Assembly (NCBI GenBank): GCA_021829835.1
Contig: JAKBPE010000001.1
Coordinates: forward strand, 352 to 64,351
Direction of reading: 5' to 3'
Length of the DNA stretch: 64,000 bases
Source: a bacterium
GTDB taxonomy: Archaea > Micrarchaeota > Micrarchaeia > Micrarchaeales > CABMGC01
The translations under genes and the position numbers were made by a program. Of this stretch, positions 9,796 to 19,127 are shown one piece after another. Each line of letters starts with the position of its first letter. Within the stretch, counting starts at the first letter, position 1. The notes below the pieces were generated by a model. The model was not told the DNA's origin. It ran no database searches and was given only the letters and a program-made list of their open reading frames with translations.

Positions 9796-12700
9796 TCAAT
9801 AGGTTACAGGTGGAGGCACATGTATATTGCTGTTTTTCGGATTTGGTTCCCCATTGTTTGGTGTGTTCTTCTTTCCCTTGTCCTTTAGCATTGTTGTATA
9901 TATGAGGTATATAAGGATTACCGCAATGGCTACAATCAAGATTGATATCTCAGCCTTTTTGCTCTCTAGGGCTATAAGTAATGAAGATTTTTCCGTTGAT
10001 GAGTTCTGGGATGTGCTGACTGAAGTTGTATTCACAGTCTTCTTTATTGTTGTAGTGTTGGTTTTCGACACATTCGTAGTAGATGGTTTCGATTTGGGCA
10101 CATTCGACTTCATAAGTGCAAGAAGGATATCTTTAGGAATCTGGAATGATATTGTGCAGAGCTTTGAGTTTATGGTGAAATTGGTTATCATCTTCCAGGA
10201 ATTGCCAGAGTATTCAAATGGGAATGTCTCGTTCTGAGGCATGCTGCATGAGTAGTGGAGATCTGCATTTATTGAAAGGTTTGAGTATTGCGGATACGTA
10301 ATATTGAGAACATATAGCTTCGTATATTCGGAAGGAGGGGCTGGAGATTCCTGTGTGGAATTCGTTATGGAGATTAATGCGGATGAAGGGATTGCTTTGG
10401 TTGGATTTATTGCAAATACAGATGATGTCTTCTCGTAGTTTATTATGCTCTGATGGCCTTTTGTAGAATTGATTGTGATTGAGAGATTGCTGTTTGTTGA
10501 ATTGTATAGTGTTATAGATCTACCCGTGTTTTGGATGTTTGGAAGCGTAGTCACGTTTAGTATCTTCTTGCCTGGAAGCGGTACAACGCATACATTTGAT
10601 GCGATTGTATGCACAGCAGGTATGTAGGAGATATTAAGCAGTCTTATTATGTAGTCGTATGATGCAGTGCCTCCTATTATCTCTGTAGAGTTAGGCGAGA
10701 GAGTATACTGCAGGCCGTCTATTGTGATTCCCGTATCAGTAGGCGATATGTAGTTGGCGCGTATGTTAAAGGATTTTCCAGTAAAGTTCACTACGGCGAA
10801 ATCAGGGTTCGTAAGATTTGTTACCAAATAACATGTTGAATTTAGGTTTATTACAGATGGTTTGAATGTTCCTCCGCCTCCTGCGCCTGCGGTACCTGAG
10901 CCTGAAGAGCCACTGCTGCCTGAACTGCCACTGCCTCCACCACCGCCTCCGCCGCCTCCGCTGGGTGGTGTGGGGGTAGACGCACTACTTACTGTTATTT
11001 CAGTTGTCTGTGAATATGTGTTATAACCTGCAGAGTCAGTGACTTCTAGGCAATAATATGCAGTAGAGGATGGCGTTGCCGTATAACTGCTTGTATTGGT
11101 GCCGGATATCTGCAAGTCAGATGTACATGAGGAAGATGGTCCTGAGATCCATGTGTATGTGTATGGAGGTGTGCCGCCTGAGACTGAAGATGTGAAAGTA
11201 AGGCTCTGGCCTGTTGTTATGGACTGTTGTGTGGATGGAGATATTGAGACAGATAAAGGTGTCTCGCTTGCGAATACACCTACAACAGGATCATTTGGTA
11301 TGTTAAATTTAATACTGCATGGATTCGATGAGGAGTAAAGTATTGGAATTGGAGACCATACACTTCCATTTAGCAAATATGGAGTAACTGAACTGTATTT
11401 ACATGCGTATGAAACAGTGAGATTTGATTCTGGATTTAGAGAATATGGATTTGATTCGTTAATATACAGAACCAGTATTTTGATTGGTTTTGATCCTAGA
11501 GAGGGAATGGATGTGTTGGCTGTTTCATTCGCTACAACTATGTTTTCTAGAATACTTCTATTGAATATGGATGATAATGAGATTGTTGAATTGAATTTAG
11601 GATATTTGAGATCTACTGAATAGTTATAAGATAAGAAGAGCTGCTGAGGCAGACCCGAAGAAGTGTTTCCAACTAATTCTACTTTGTCATAACTTCTAAA
11701 GACACTGCTTGTATTTAGGCGAGGTTCTTTTGTTAGGAGGATATTATTTGTCTGAGTATTTGGGCCTGTTGCTATCTGGCTTGATGTAAGTCCGTAGAAC
11801 TTATTTCCCAATATCGATGCTGTTACGTTTGGATCGTCATTTACCACAGCTACTGCCGAAGAAGAATTAAGATCATTAAGTATTGTGTTGTTAATGACTT
11901 GTAGATTCGAATTTGAGTGAAGATTGCCTTCTTCCCCGAAAGAGATTATTGCAGGATTTCCGCTGAATGGTCCTTGTTCGATAGTATTGTTTTCTATTAA
12001 GGCATTTCCCCCATTAGGAAGATCTACACTATAACTTGCTGTGCCGTTTTCATCTTGTATCCTGTTGTCTATTATTACAGTGTTCTGCGCACGGCTCTTT
12101 ATTTCATGGCCTACTGAAGCGGCGTGAACATAGCTGTGCTTTATAGTAAACAGTTTTATGTCGTTTATGTACATGTTGTGGGTATAACCATACCCAACAG
12201 AGGAAACATTGTATACTCCATTATGGTAAAATTCGCTATTTTCTATTAGTATTGTTCCGTTAGGGTCTGGAGCCGCAAGGAGTCCATCCTGATTATTATA
12301 GAAATAACTGTTGTTTATTATCATATTTCCTCCTTCATATCTGATTCCTGCACCATTGGAGGATGAGGGATCTGAAAATGCTCCTGAAAATGAGAAATGA
12401 GTTATTGTTACAGTCACCCCGCTGCCTCCTACATCGAGTATTCCCTTGTCATTAGGTGGCTGTTCTGTTGCAACCATATTTACTACGCCGCCTACGCCTT
12501 GTAAAGTGAGATTGAAATTTATCGTCTCTGGAAAGTCGTTAGTATAGGTACCTGCTGCGACTTTTACTGTATCACCACTAGTTGCATTTGCAATTGCTGC
12601 TGCTATGCTATGATATTCTAAGCCAGGACCTACCGTTAGAGTAGTTGCATTCGAAGTTATGATTATAGGCACAACACTTATTGTTACTGGGGATGAACAT

Positions 12701-15700
12701 CCCGATTCCGGTGCATATGCAGAATCCTTTACTAGATAAGAGTAAGTAGTGTTCTGTGAAGGGCTTTCCGTGATGCCCTGTGAGACTGCGTTTGCAATAG
12801 GTGTCTGGCATGAACTCCCGGTATACCATTGATATGAATATGGTGTTGTGCCTCCTGAAGGGTTTGCAGTGAGGGTAACAGATTGTCCGGCATTGATTGC
12901 AGTTGATGATGCAGTTATGCTTCCTATGTTAAGTGGGGAATTTACAGTTATAGTATCAGGAGAGGAACATACAAATACAGAGCTGTTTGTTGTTTCGCCT
13001 GCCCCGTAAGAGTATGTCGACGATGAAGTTAACGAAATATTATATGAAGAGGATGTCGCACCTGAGATTGCGGTTGAACAACCGCTGCCTGAATACCATT
13101 GGTATGTGTATGGGAAAACTCCACCTGAAGGATCAGCAGAGAGAGTAATATATTGCCCTGAGTCAATTGTTGGGCTTGAAGGATAAATGGGATTTGCAAC
13201 AAGAGGCGTGCTTTGGCTATATCCTTTTGGAGAGAAGTCGAATGCTTCATCAAGCCCTGTTGATGTTCTTGCAGAAGTATCGGTTTCTGCAGGATATGTT
13301 GAAAGGATCCAGTTATAGGCCTGTATTGCTGTTGCGTTATTGTCTATGGAGATTATGCCAGCACTGGACATAAGAGCCAGTTGTATGTAGTTAATTTCTC
13401 CTTCGGCAGTATTTGCGCTTTGATTGTACAGGGATGTTCCAATTGAGCCTGAAGCTATATCTGCTTCCCAAACCTGTTTCCATGTCTGTAGTACTGGATT
13501 TGTTACGTTTGCTGAAGAAATATTCAAGACAGGAAGGTCGTATGTTATTCCTGCTTCAGGATTAAAGCCTTCAGGACCAGCAGTAAATCTTCCTGATATG
13601 AAATTAGTCATCCATTTTAGATAAGTCAATGCTCCTGGAACGTTACGTTCTACAGCCGCTATTACAGTGCTCGCGAAGTAATCTTGCTGCCATGGAGCCT
13701 GAATGCAGTTGGTGCCTGGACATGGGTAATAACCATATGCGCCTACGATATATCCATGAGGTTGTACAGAACTGAATGGGGAACTGCTATTTACATATGT
13801 GTCGTATAGATACTGGAATTCTACAGCTTGGTTGTTCTTGAAGAAAGAACTAAGCGGATCTGAATTTGGATCTGCAAATGCAGCATCTATTATCTGGCGA
13901 AGTCTCCAAGCATAGCCTCTTACTTGATCTGCGCCTTCTGCTACGATTACTCTGTTGTTATGCCATGTTGTATATCCAGGATTTACATCAGTAAGGGCAA
14001 ATGTTCCTTGTGCGTCTACCTGGTCAAGATAATGCATGCTGCCAGTAAGAATGTAAGGAATATATGATAGATCTGGCCAATGTGCAGGATCTATACTGAC
14101 TGGATCGCTTCCGTCTGCAAATTGTGTAACACATCCATAAAGCTCGTAACATGCACCATATGGAGGCGGATCAACACTAATATTTGGAAATGTTCCGGTA
14201 TTTAGATAAGAATTTCCTTGAGGATAGTAATAATCCCAGCCCATCGCGCCTGCCTGAGTGTCTGTAAGTTGTGCAAAATTTGATACAGTCTGGTTTTGGC
14301 TGAGCAGCCATGCCGCATTCCAGGTAGGCTGAGGTCCTATATCAGGCCTTCCACCACTTGCTGGCATGTAGAAAGTGATTCCAAAACCGCTCATTATTGT
14401 ATTGTATGCTATTGCAGTTGCAGAATTGCCTAGATTCTCAAGTGAAGAGGCGTAATACGAGACAAGCCCTTTTGAAAGTCCATCTGAAAGATTGTAGGGC
14501 TGTATTGCACCTACCTGTTCCAACTCTGCTATATTATGTACTACGTTTACTTCAGGAGCTCCGTTGCTCCAGGTTTCCCAATTCCATTCGGTGTAGTGAG
14601 GCTGGAAGATATTATTCTTTATAAGAATAGGTTGATTATTTTCTTTGATTACAAGATTATAATTTACGTCGCCACCTACAGGCTGCATTGCGTAATCATT
14701 TGCAAATAACACATCAGTATGTGTTGATCCATCTGCGTATTTTCTTATGTCGAACATTACATGGAATGATCCGCTGACATTGTAATTCACCCTTCCTTCA
14801 ACGCTTTGATTGCCTTGAAGCCAGTATGTAACCGAATTTGATGCGAGTGCGTTTGCAAGCACCGTTGATGCGTTTATCTGATAGTTAGTAACATTATAAG
14901 AAAGGGGTATTTTTTCAATTTCTGAACAATACCAGACAGTACAGCTTACATATAGATATCTGCCATGTGGGCTAATAGTTAACACTTTTGGATTTCCTCC
15001 TGCCTGAGAAGGATTGATGTCTGAGATTGTCCTTATTGTTTTATTTGTAGTCAGATTGAATACAGTTATTGTGCTTCCTGCGTCATCTGAATAGCCATCT
15101 AGTATATATGCAATTGTTCCTGAAGGGTTTATTGTCATTGCTCCTGGTCCGTAACCTATATTAGTTATATTGTAGATAGGCTCTTCTGTTGTTGTATTTA
15201 TTACACTTATTCTTGAACCTTGTATATCCAATACATAAACAAGGTTGCCTGAAGGACTTATTATTGCGATTGATGGACCAGAGTTTGCATAATTTCCTAC
15301 TGTTATTTCCTTAGATATGGTATCGTTGTTAAGATTTACCACACTTACTTGAGATCCTTGCCATACGCCATCATTGTTTACCCCTAGATCGGTAACATAT
15401 GCAGTTGTTCCTGAAGAGGTTATTTCTATGTCGCTTGGGTTCCAGAAGCCACTTATAGTGTTTGTTACTTGATAGGTGGTAAGATTTAATGTGCTTATGG
15501 AGTAATTTCCTGAATTTATTACATAGGCGAGTGGTTTTGTTGGGCTTAGGCGTATAAATGAGGGTCCATCAAATCCTTTTATAACACTGGTTACCTGATG
15601 AGTTACAAGATTTACTATCTCAATAGTGTTATTTCCCTGTGATGCCACATATGCGCTTGTTCCGGAAGGGAATAGAACTATGCTAATTGGTTCAGATCCT

Positions 15701-16653
15701 ACAACTAATGCATTTGTTACCTGCATTGTTGATGTGTTAAAGGTTAAGAGAGTAGAGTTTTCATAGCTTAGTGCATAGCCAGTTGTGCCGTTTGGATTTA
15801 AGGCCATGGCATATTTATGTTCTGTTGTTCCTGTCTGTGTTGAATATGCAGAGAGTGCGTTGGTTATATTGGGTTCACTCATTAGAGTGAGATTCACCTG
15901 CATGTTGTATCCGTTGGAAAGAATGCTCTGCAGTGTGAGTGGAATTTCCGGGTTTGCAGATACAATTCTAAACATTCCTTTGTAAAGTGAATCTGGAGGC
16001 ATTTGTGGGGCGTCCAATGTTACTACAACCATTTTTTCAGTACCGTCCGAATAGGTATTCTTTACGTCTGTCTGAACAGGATACTGAACTCCGTTTATAA
16101 CAGCTGCTATCGAATCACCAATTGGCACTTTCCCTCTTGGAAATATTTCAGCAAATGTTATGTAATGGGAGGGTATTGTCGATGGTTGGTTATTTTGTAG
16201 GTCGAAACTTACAATGTCACTGGAATTCACAGGCTGAAGCATTTTCGGTATGAAAACAAGATATGATGAAGTTAGATTGTAGCCTGCTGAGCAGGAAGAA
16301 ACAGAGGAATTTGTAGATTCTGTTACAAGATAGCTGTATACCATTGATACCTGTGGCTCGGGAGCAGCATATGTTGATGATGTAGCTCCAGATATTGCAT
16401 CTGTAGAGCTGCAGGCAGGATCCCCAGATTCGTTTGCATACCATTGATAATCGTATGAGGATGTGCCGCCTGAAGGATTTGCTGTCAGGGTTACATTGGG
16501 ACTTATTGATTGGTTGTATGTGCCTGCAGTTATATTGCCTGCGGTGATTAGGGGAGATGTGAAAACAGGAGTTTTAGATTGATTAGGTTTGTTTTGTGAG
16601 AGGTAAGAATACCTAAATGTGATAAATGAGATTATTAGGATTACCATCGCCAT
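9796..16653 (-). CDS. Giant (2285 aa) membrane-anchored mosaic surface protein combining Ig-like repeats, a YVTN-type beta-propeller, an unknown central domain, a right-handed beta-helix and a C-terminal anchor module
   Basis: The ORF is uninterrupted with a hydrophobic N-terminus. It has SGGTxPYxYQWY Ig-like repeats and repeated ...AYV.N.G.N.ISV.N..T blades at about 14940-15810. Beta-helix turns occur at about 11700-12640 (NNSYFYNNQDGLL, ENSEFYHNG, IDNRIQD, IENNTIEQG). A Gly/Ser linker lies at about 10868-10985, followed by a C-terminal TM helix (LIVAIAVILIYLIYTTML) and a basic tail. N-x-S/T sequons are dense. Confidence 0.85.
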   Translation of the reverse strand: MAMVILIISFITFRYSYLSQNKPNQSKTPVFTSPLITAGNITAGTYNQSISPNVTLTANPSGGTSSYDYQWYANESGDPACSSTDAISGATSSTYAAPEPQVSMVYSYLVTESTNSSVSSCSAGYNLTSSYLVFIPKMLQPVNSSDIVSFDLQNNQPSTIPSHYITFAEIFPRGKVPIGDSIAAVINGVQYPVQTDVKNTYSDGTEKMVVVTLDAPQMPPDSLYKGMFRIVSANPEIPLTLQSILSNGYNMQVNLTLMSEPNITNALSAYSTQTGTTEHKYAMALNPNGTTGYALSYENSTLLTFNTSTMQVTNALVVGSEPISIVLFPSGTSAYVASQGNNTIEIVNLVTHQVTSVIKGFDGPSFIRLSPTKPLAYVINSGNYSISTLNLTTYQVTNTISGFWNPSDIEITSSGTTAYVTDLGVNNDGVWQGSQVSVVNLNNDTISKEITVGNYANSGPSIAIISPSGNLVYVLDIQGSRISVINTTTEEPIYNITNIGYGPGAMTINPSGTIAYILDGYSDDAGSTITVFNLTTNKTIRTISDINPSQAGGNPKVLTISPHGRYLYVSCTVWYCSEIEKIPLSYNVTNYQINASTVLANALASNSVTYWLQGNQSVEGRVNYNVSGSFHVMFDIRKYADGSTHTDVLFANDYAMQPVGGDVNYNLVIKENNQPILIKNNIFQPHYTEWNWETWSNGAPEVNVVHNIAELEQVGAIQPYNLSDGLSKGLVSYYASSLENLGNSATAIAYNTIMSGFGITFYMPASGGRPDIGPQPTWNAAWLLSQNQTVSNFAQLTDTQAGAMGWDYYYPQGNSYLNTGTFPNISVDPPPYGACYELYGCVTQFADGSDPVSIDPAHWPDLSYIPYILTGSMHYLDQVDAQGTFALTDVNPGYTTWHNNRVIVAEGADQVRGYAWRLRQIIDAAFADPNSDPLSSFFKNNQAVEFQYLYDTYVNSSSPFSSVQPHGYIVGAYGYYPCPGTNCIQAPWQQDYFASTVIAAVERNVPGALTYLKWMTNFISGRFTAGPEGFNPEAGITYDLPVLNISSANVTNPVLQTWKQVWEADIASGSIGTSLYNQSANTAEGEINYIQLALMSSAGIISIDNNATAIQAYNWILSTYPAETDTSARTSTGLDEAFDFSPKGYSQSTPLVANPIYPSSPTIDSGQYITLSADPSGGVFPYTYQWYSGSGCSTAISGATSSSYNISLTSSSTYSYGAGETTNSSVFVCSSPDTITVNSPLNIGSITASSTAINAGQSVTLTANPSGGTTPYSYQWYTGSSCQTPIANAVSQGITESPSQNTTYSYLVKDSAYAPESGCSSPVTISVVPIIITSNATTLTVGPGLEYHSIAAAIANATSGDTVKVAAGTYTNDFPETINFNLTLQGVGGVVNMVATEQPPNDKGILDVGGSGVTVTITHFSFSGAFSDPSSSNGAGIRYEGGNMIINNSYFYNNQDGLLAAPDPNGTILIENSEFYHNGVYNVSSVGYGYTHNMYINDIKLFTIKHSYVHAASVGHEIKSRAQNTVIIDNRIQDENGTASYSVDLPNGGNALIENNTIEQGPFSGNPAIISFGEEGNLHSNSNLQVINNTILNDLNSSSAVAVVNDDPNVTASILGNKFYGLTSSQIATGPNTQTNNILLTKEPRLNTSSVFRSYDKVELVGNTSSGLPQQLFLSYNYSVDLKYPKFNSTISLSSIFNRSILENIVVANETANTSIPSLGSKPIKILVLYINESNPYSLNPESNLTVSYACKYSSVTPYLLNGSVWSPIPILYSSSNPCSIKFNIPNDPVVGVFASETPLSVSISPSTQQSITTGQSLTFTSSVSGGTPPYTYTWISGPSSSCTSDLQISGTNTSSYTATPSSTAYYCLEVTDSAGYNTYSQTTEITVSSASTPTPPSGGGGGGGGGSGSSGSSGSSGSGTAGAGGGGTFKPSVINLNSTCYLVTNLTNPDFAVVNFTGKSFNIRANYISPTDTGITIDGLQYTLSPNSTEIIGGTASYDYIIRLLNISYIPAVHTIASNVCVVPLPGKKILNVTTLPNIQNTGRSITLYNSTNSNLSITINSTKGHQSIINYEKTSSVFAINPTKAIPSSALISITNSTQESPAPPSEYTKLYVLNITYPQYSNLSINADLHYSCSMPQNETFPFEYSGNSWKMITNFTINSKLCTISFQIPKDILLALMKSNVPKSKPSTTNVSKTNTTTIKKTVNTTSVSTSQNSSTEKSSLLIALESKKAEISILIVAIAVILIYLIYTTMLKDKGKKNTPNNGEPNPKNSNIHVPPPVTY

Positions 16654-16848
16654 TAGTAAGATTATCAGGATCTGATTTTTGTTGTTGATTGGATCATCCT
16701 GATTTTAATGATGCCTACTACTTTAAAAAAGTTTTGGCGATATTAGGATTCAATGGTAAATTCTAAGTGAATTTTAAGTGCCATGTGAATTATATAAAAA
16801 AATGAAAGAGATAGTTTTGCAGTTAGCTAAAGCTGTGATAAAACAATA

Positions 16849-18033
16849 TCATTTTGCTGCGCTGACTATTTTTATTATGTCCCCGTCTTTCAATATATAA
16901 TCCTTAGCTATCCTCATTTTGTTTTTTGCGTCTATGGCATAAAGCATCTTGGCTGCTATTTCCGTATGTATCTTTGAAGCGAGGTCTAATGCTGTTGACC
17001 CTTCTGGCATGAGGATTGCGTCAGGAAGGACATTGCCTGAACTGTCAGAATACCTATTTTCATTTTCTACAGGATAAACAACAATACTATGGGACAAATT
17101 AAACACAGTTTCATTTATAATTTCCTGTATTCCGGTGCTGCCGTTTTTCTTAAGATAGGAAGAAATATATGAAAGTGCGCGCTTCTGGTCTTCAGTTGCA
17201 TTTGGGCCCATAATAAAATTAGACTCTCCCGGATTATAAGTTATGGTTCCAGATTTTGCCGCTCTCCTTAACGCTAGTTCTATTGCGCCAGAGCATCCTA
17301 TTACAGGATAGTCTTTCAGTCTATTTCTGAGTGTTTCAAGAGCGTCTTTTGGAGCTTTGTCCATCTTGTTTGCAGCTATGGCAATTGGTTTGTTTCTAGC
17401 GAGAAAAGATCTGGAGAATCTTAATGAAGACTCATGGTTCCAGGAGATGTTTGAAATAGTTATTCCATTCTCTTCTGCCGAATCCCTTATCTGATCTTCG
17501 CTTGGCTTGAAGCCTGAAAGCAGCTCTAACAGCGCTTCGATTCCATCCTTTTTCCTAGAAAGAGATTGCATGTTCTTTTCTATAATTCCGGATAGCCAGT
17601 TGGCAAGCTCTTCTTCTACCATATGTATGTCTTCCTTTTGGTCAAAGTTGCTTCCTGGTCTTCCTTGTATGTCTGTTTCACCGCTAAGATCAACTACGAG
17701 GATAAGTGCATCTGCACTTATTATGTCATTCAGGAATTGTGTGCCCATTCCCTTGCCGATATGTGCACCAGGTATAAGCCCTGCGACATCAGTTATATTT
17801 ACGGGAATTTTTCTTATTCCGTTGCCACACATGGAATTTCTAGGGTTGCATTTTATTCCTAGCTCTTTTTCAGGACATTCTTTAGTAGCATGGGCTATCC
17901 CAAGGTTCGGATTTATTGTGGTGAACGGATAGTCTGCTATATCAGCTTGTGAAAGAGTCATTGCTGAAAATATGGTGCTCTTTCCCTTGTTTGGAGCGCC
18001 TATTAGCCCGAGCATCATTGCATCGATAAACAT
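16849..18033 (-). CDS. Obg/YchF-family GTPase with C-terminal TGS-like domain
   Basis: G1 is GAPNKGKST, G3 is DVAGLIPGA, G4 is NKMD, and the C-terminus is DGDIIKIV. Confidence 0.75.
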   Translation of the reverse strand: MFIDAMMLGLIGAPNKGKSTIFSAMTLSQADIADYPFTTINPNLGIAHATKECPEKELGIKCNPRNSMCGNGIRKIPVNITDVAGLIPGAHIGKGMGTQFLNDIISADALILVVDLSGETDIQGRPGSNFDQKEDIHMVEEELANWLSGIIEKNMQSLSRKKDGIEALLELLSGFKPSEDQIRDSAEENGITISNISWNHESSLRFSRSFLARNKPIAIAANKMDKAPKDALETLRNRLKDYPVIGCSGAIELALRRAAKSGTITYNPGESNFIMGPNATEDQKRALSYISSYLKKNGSTGIQEIINETVFNLSHSIVVYPVENENRYSDSSGNVLPDAILMPEGSTALDLASKIHTEIAAKMLYAIDAKNKMRIAKDYILKDGDIIKIVSAAK

Positions 18034-18137
18034 AGGGAGATTGGATTTAATAGGGTATCTGTAACTCTTGAAATGTATTTTGAATTGATTATCTTGCGAT
18101 ATGAATATAAAATAGCGATTCCGATTTCTTCTGGCAT

Positions 18138-19055
18138 GTGGTTATAAACATGGAATTTTTAAATGGTAGGAAAGTTGTAGATGAAACTGTCCTCAAATTT
18201 GCGGCGATTCCAAGAAAAAGATTCGGAAGCAAAAGAGATAATGGAAGTGTTGTAATTATAGGGGGAAGTTCTGCTTATCATGGCGCTCCTGTTCTGGCTT
18301 CCCTGGCAGTATCGCAATCGTTGGCTGCTTTGAGAATAGGCATCGGGTATGCGGTGCTTTACGTTCCAGAATCAATATTGAATGTCGCAAGAAAACTCTC
18401 GCCTAATGTAATAATAAGACAGTTTGGGATAGACAATATAGGCGAAGGAAGTTTAAGAGATGTTTATGAATCCATAGAAAAAGCAGATGTGGTCATAATA
18501 GGTACTGGAATCGGCAGGAAAAAGAGCTCGCTTAACAGTTCTGCTAGGATAATTGATTATTCCATAACACATGATAAAAAAGTAGTGGTTGATGCTGACG
18601 CTATTTACTCAGTAAAATTCCTGAAGAAGACAGGCTCGAAAATGCTGGTGACACCACAAAAATATGAATTTGAAGAGCTTTCCGGCAGAATTCCTGAAGA
18701 TGAACACAATATGAAGGGAAGAATTGCAGGTGCTGAGAATGCTGCGAGAAGACTAGGCTGTTGCTTACTGCTTAAAGGACATAATACGATAGTTACTGAC
18801 GGAGAAGAAACAAGAATAATATGTCCACACCGTTCCACGCTTGCAACTATGGGCACAGGTGATGTCCTCTCAGGAATGATAGGAGGATACGCAGCATCAG
18901 GAGCAGACATTTTCAACTCAGGGATTGCAGCCGCATATCTCCATGCCAAAATAGGCGATAAGTTGTATGCAGAGAAAGGAAACCATATTCTGGCATCTGA
19001 TGTAGTAGATTCAATACCTGAAATAATAAAGAAATATGATAAGGAAATTGATTGA
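18138..19055 (+). CDS. nnrD: ADP/ATP-dependent NAD(P)H-hydrate dehydratase (YjeF C-terminal / carbohydrate kinase family)
   Basis: Motifs are IIGGSSAYHGAPVLA and MGTGDVLSGMIGGY. The ORF caller uses a GTG start; an ATG at 18150 is also possible. Confidence 0.8.
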   Translation: MVINMEFLNGRKVVDETVLKFAAIPRKRFGSKRDNGSVVIIGGSSAYHGAPVLASLAVSQSLAALRIGIGYAVLYVPESILNVARKLSPNVIIRQFGIDNIGEGSLRDVYESIEKADVVIIGTGIGRKKSSLNSSARIIDYSITHDKKVVVDADAIYSVKFLKKTGSKMLVTPQKYEFEELSGRIPEDEHNMKGRIAGAENAARRLGCCLLLKGHNTIVTDGEETRIICPHRSTLATMGTGDVLSGMIGGYAASGADIFNSGIAAAYLHAKIGDKLYAEKGNHILASDVVDSIPEIIKKYDKEID

Positions 19056-19127
19056 TCTTGGGTTTTGAAACTTTTCGAGAGGATACTACTGCTTTATTTA
19101 TTCGTGTTCCGAAAATACAACATATCT

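Noticed and set aside
10868-10985. C/G-rich run (ccgcc/ctgcc repeats) that could be a G-quadruplex or regulatory low-complexity element
   Set aside because: It translates in frame as the Gly/Ser hinge (PPSGGGGGGGGGSGSSGSSGSSGSG) of the giant protein, so the coding explanation is sufficient. The analogous run at 20195-20275 has the same explanation.
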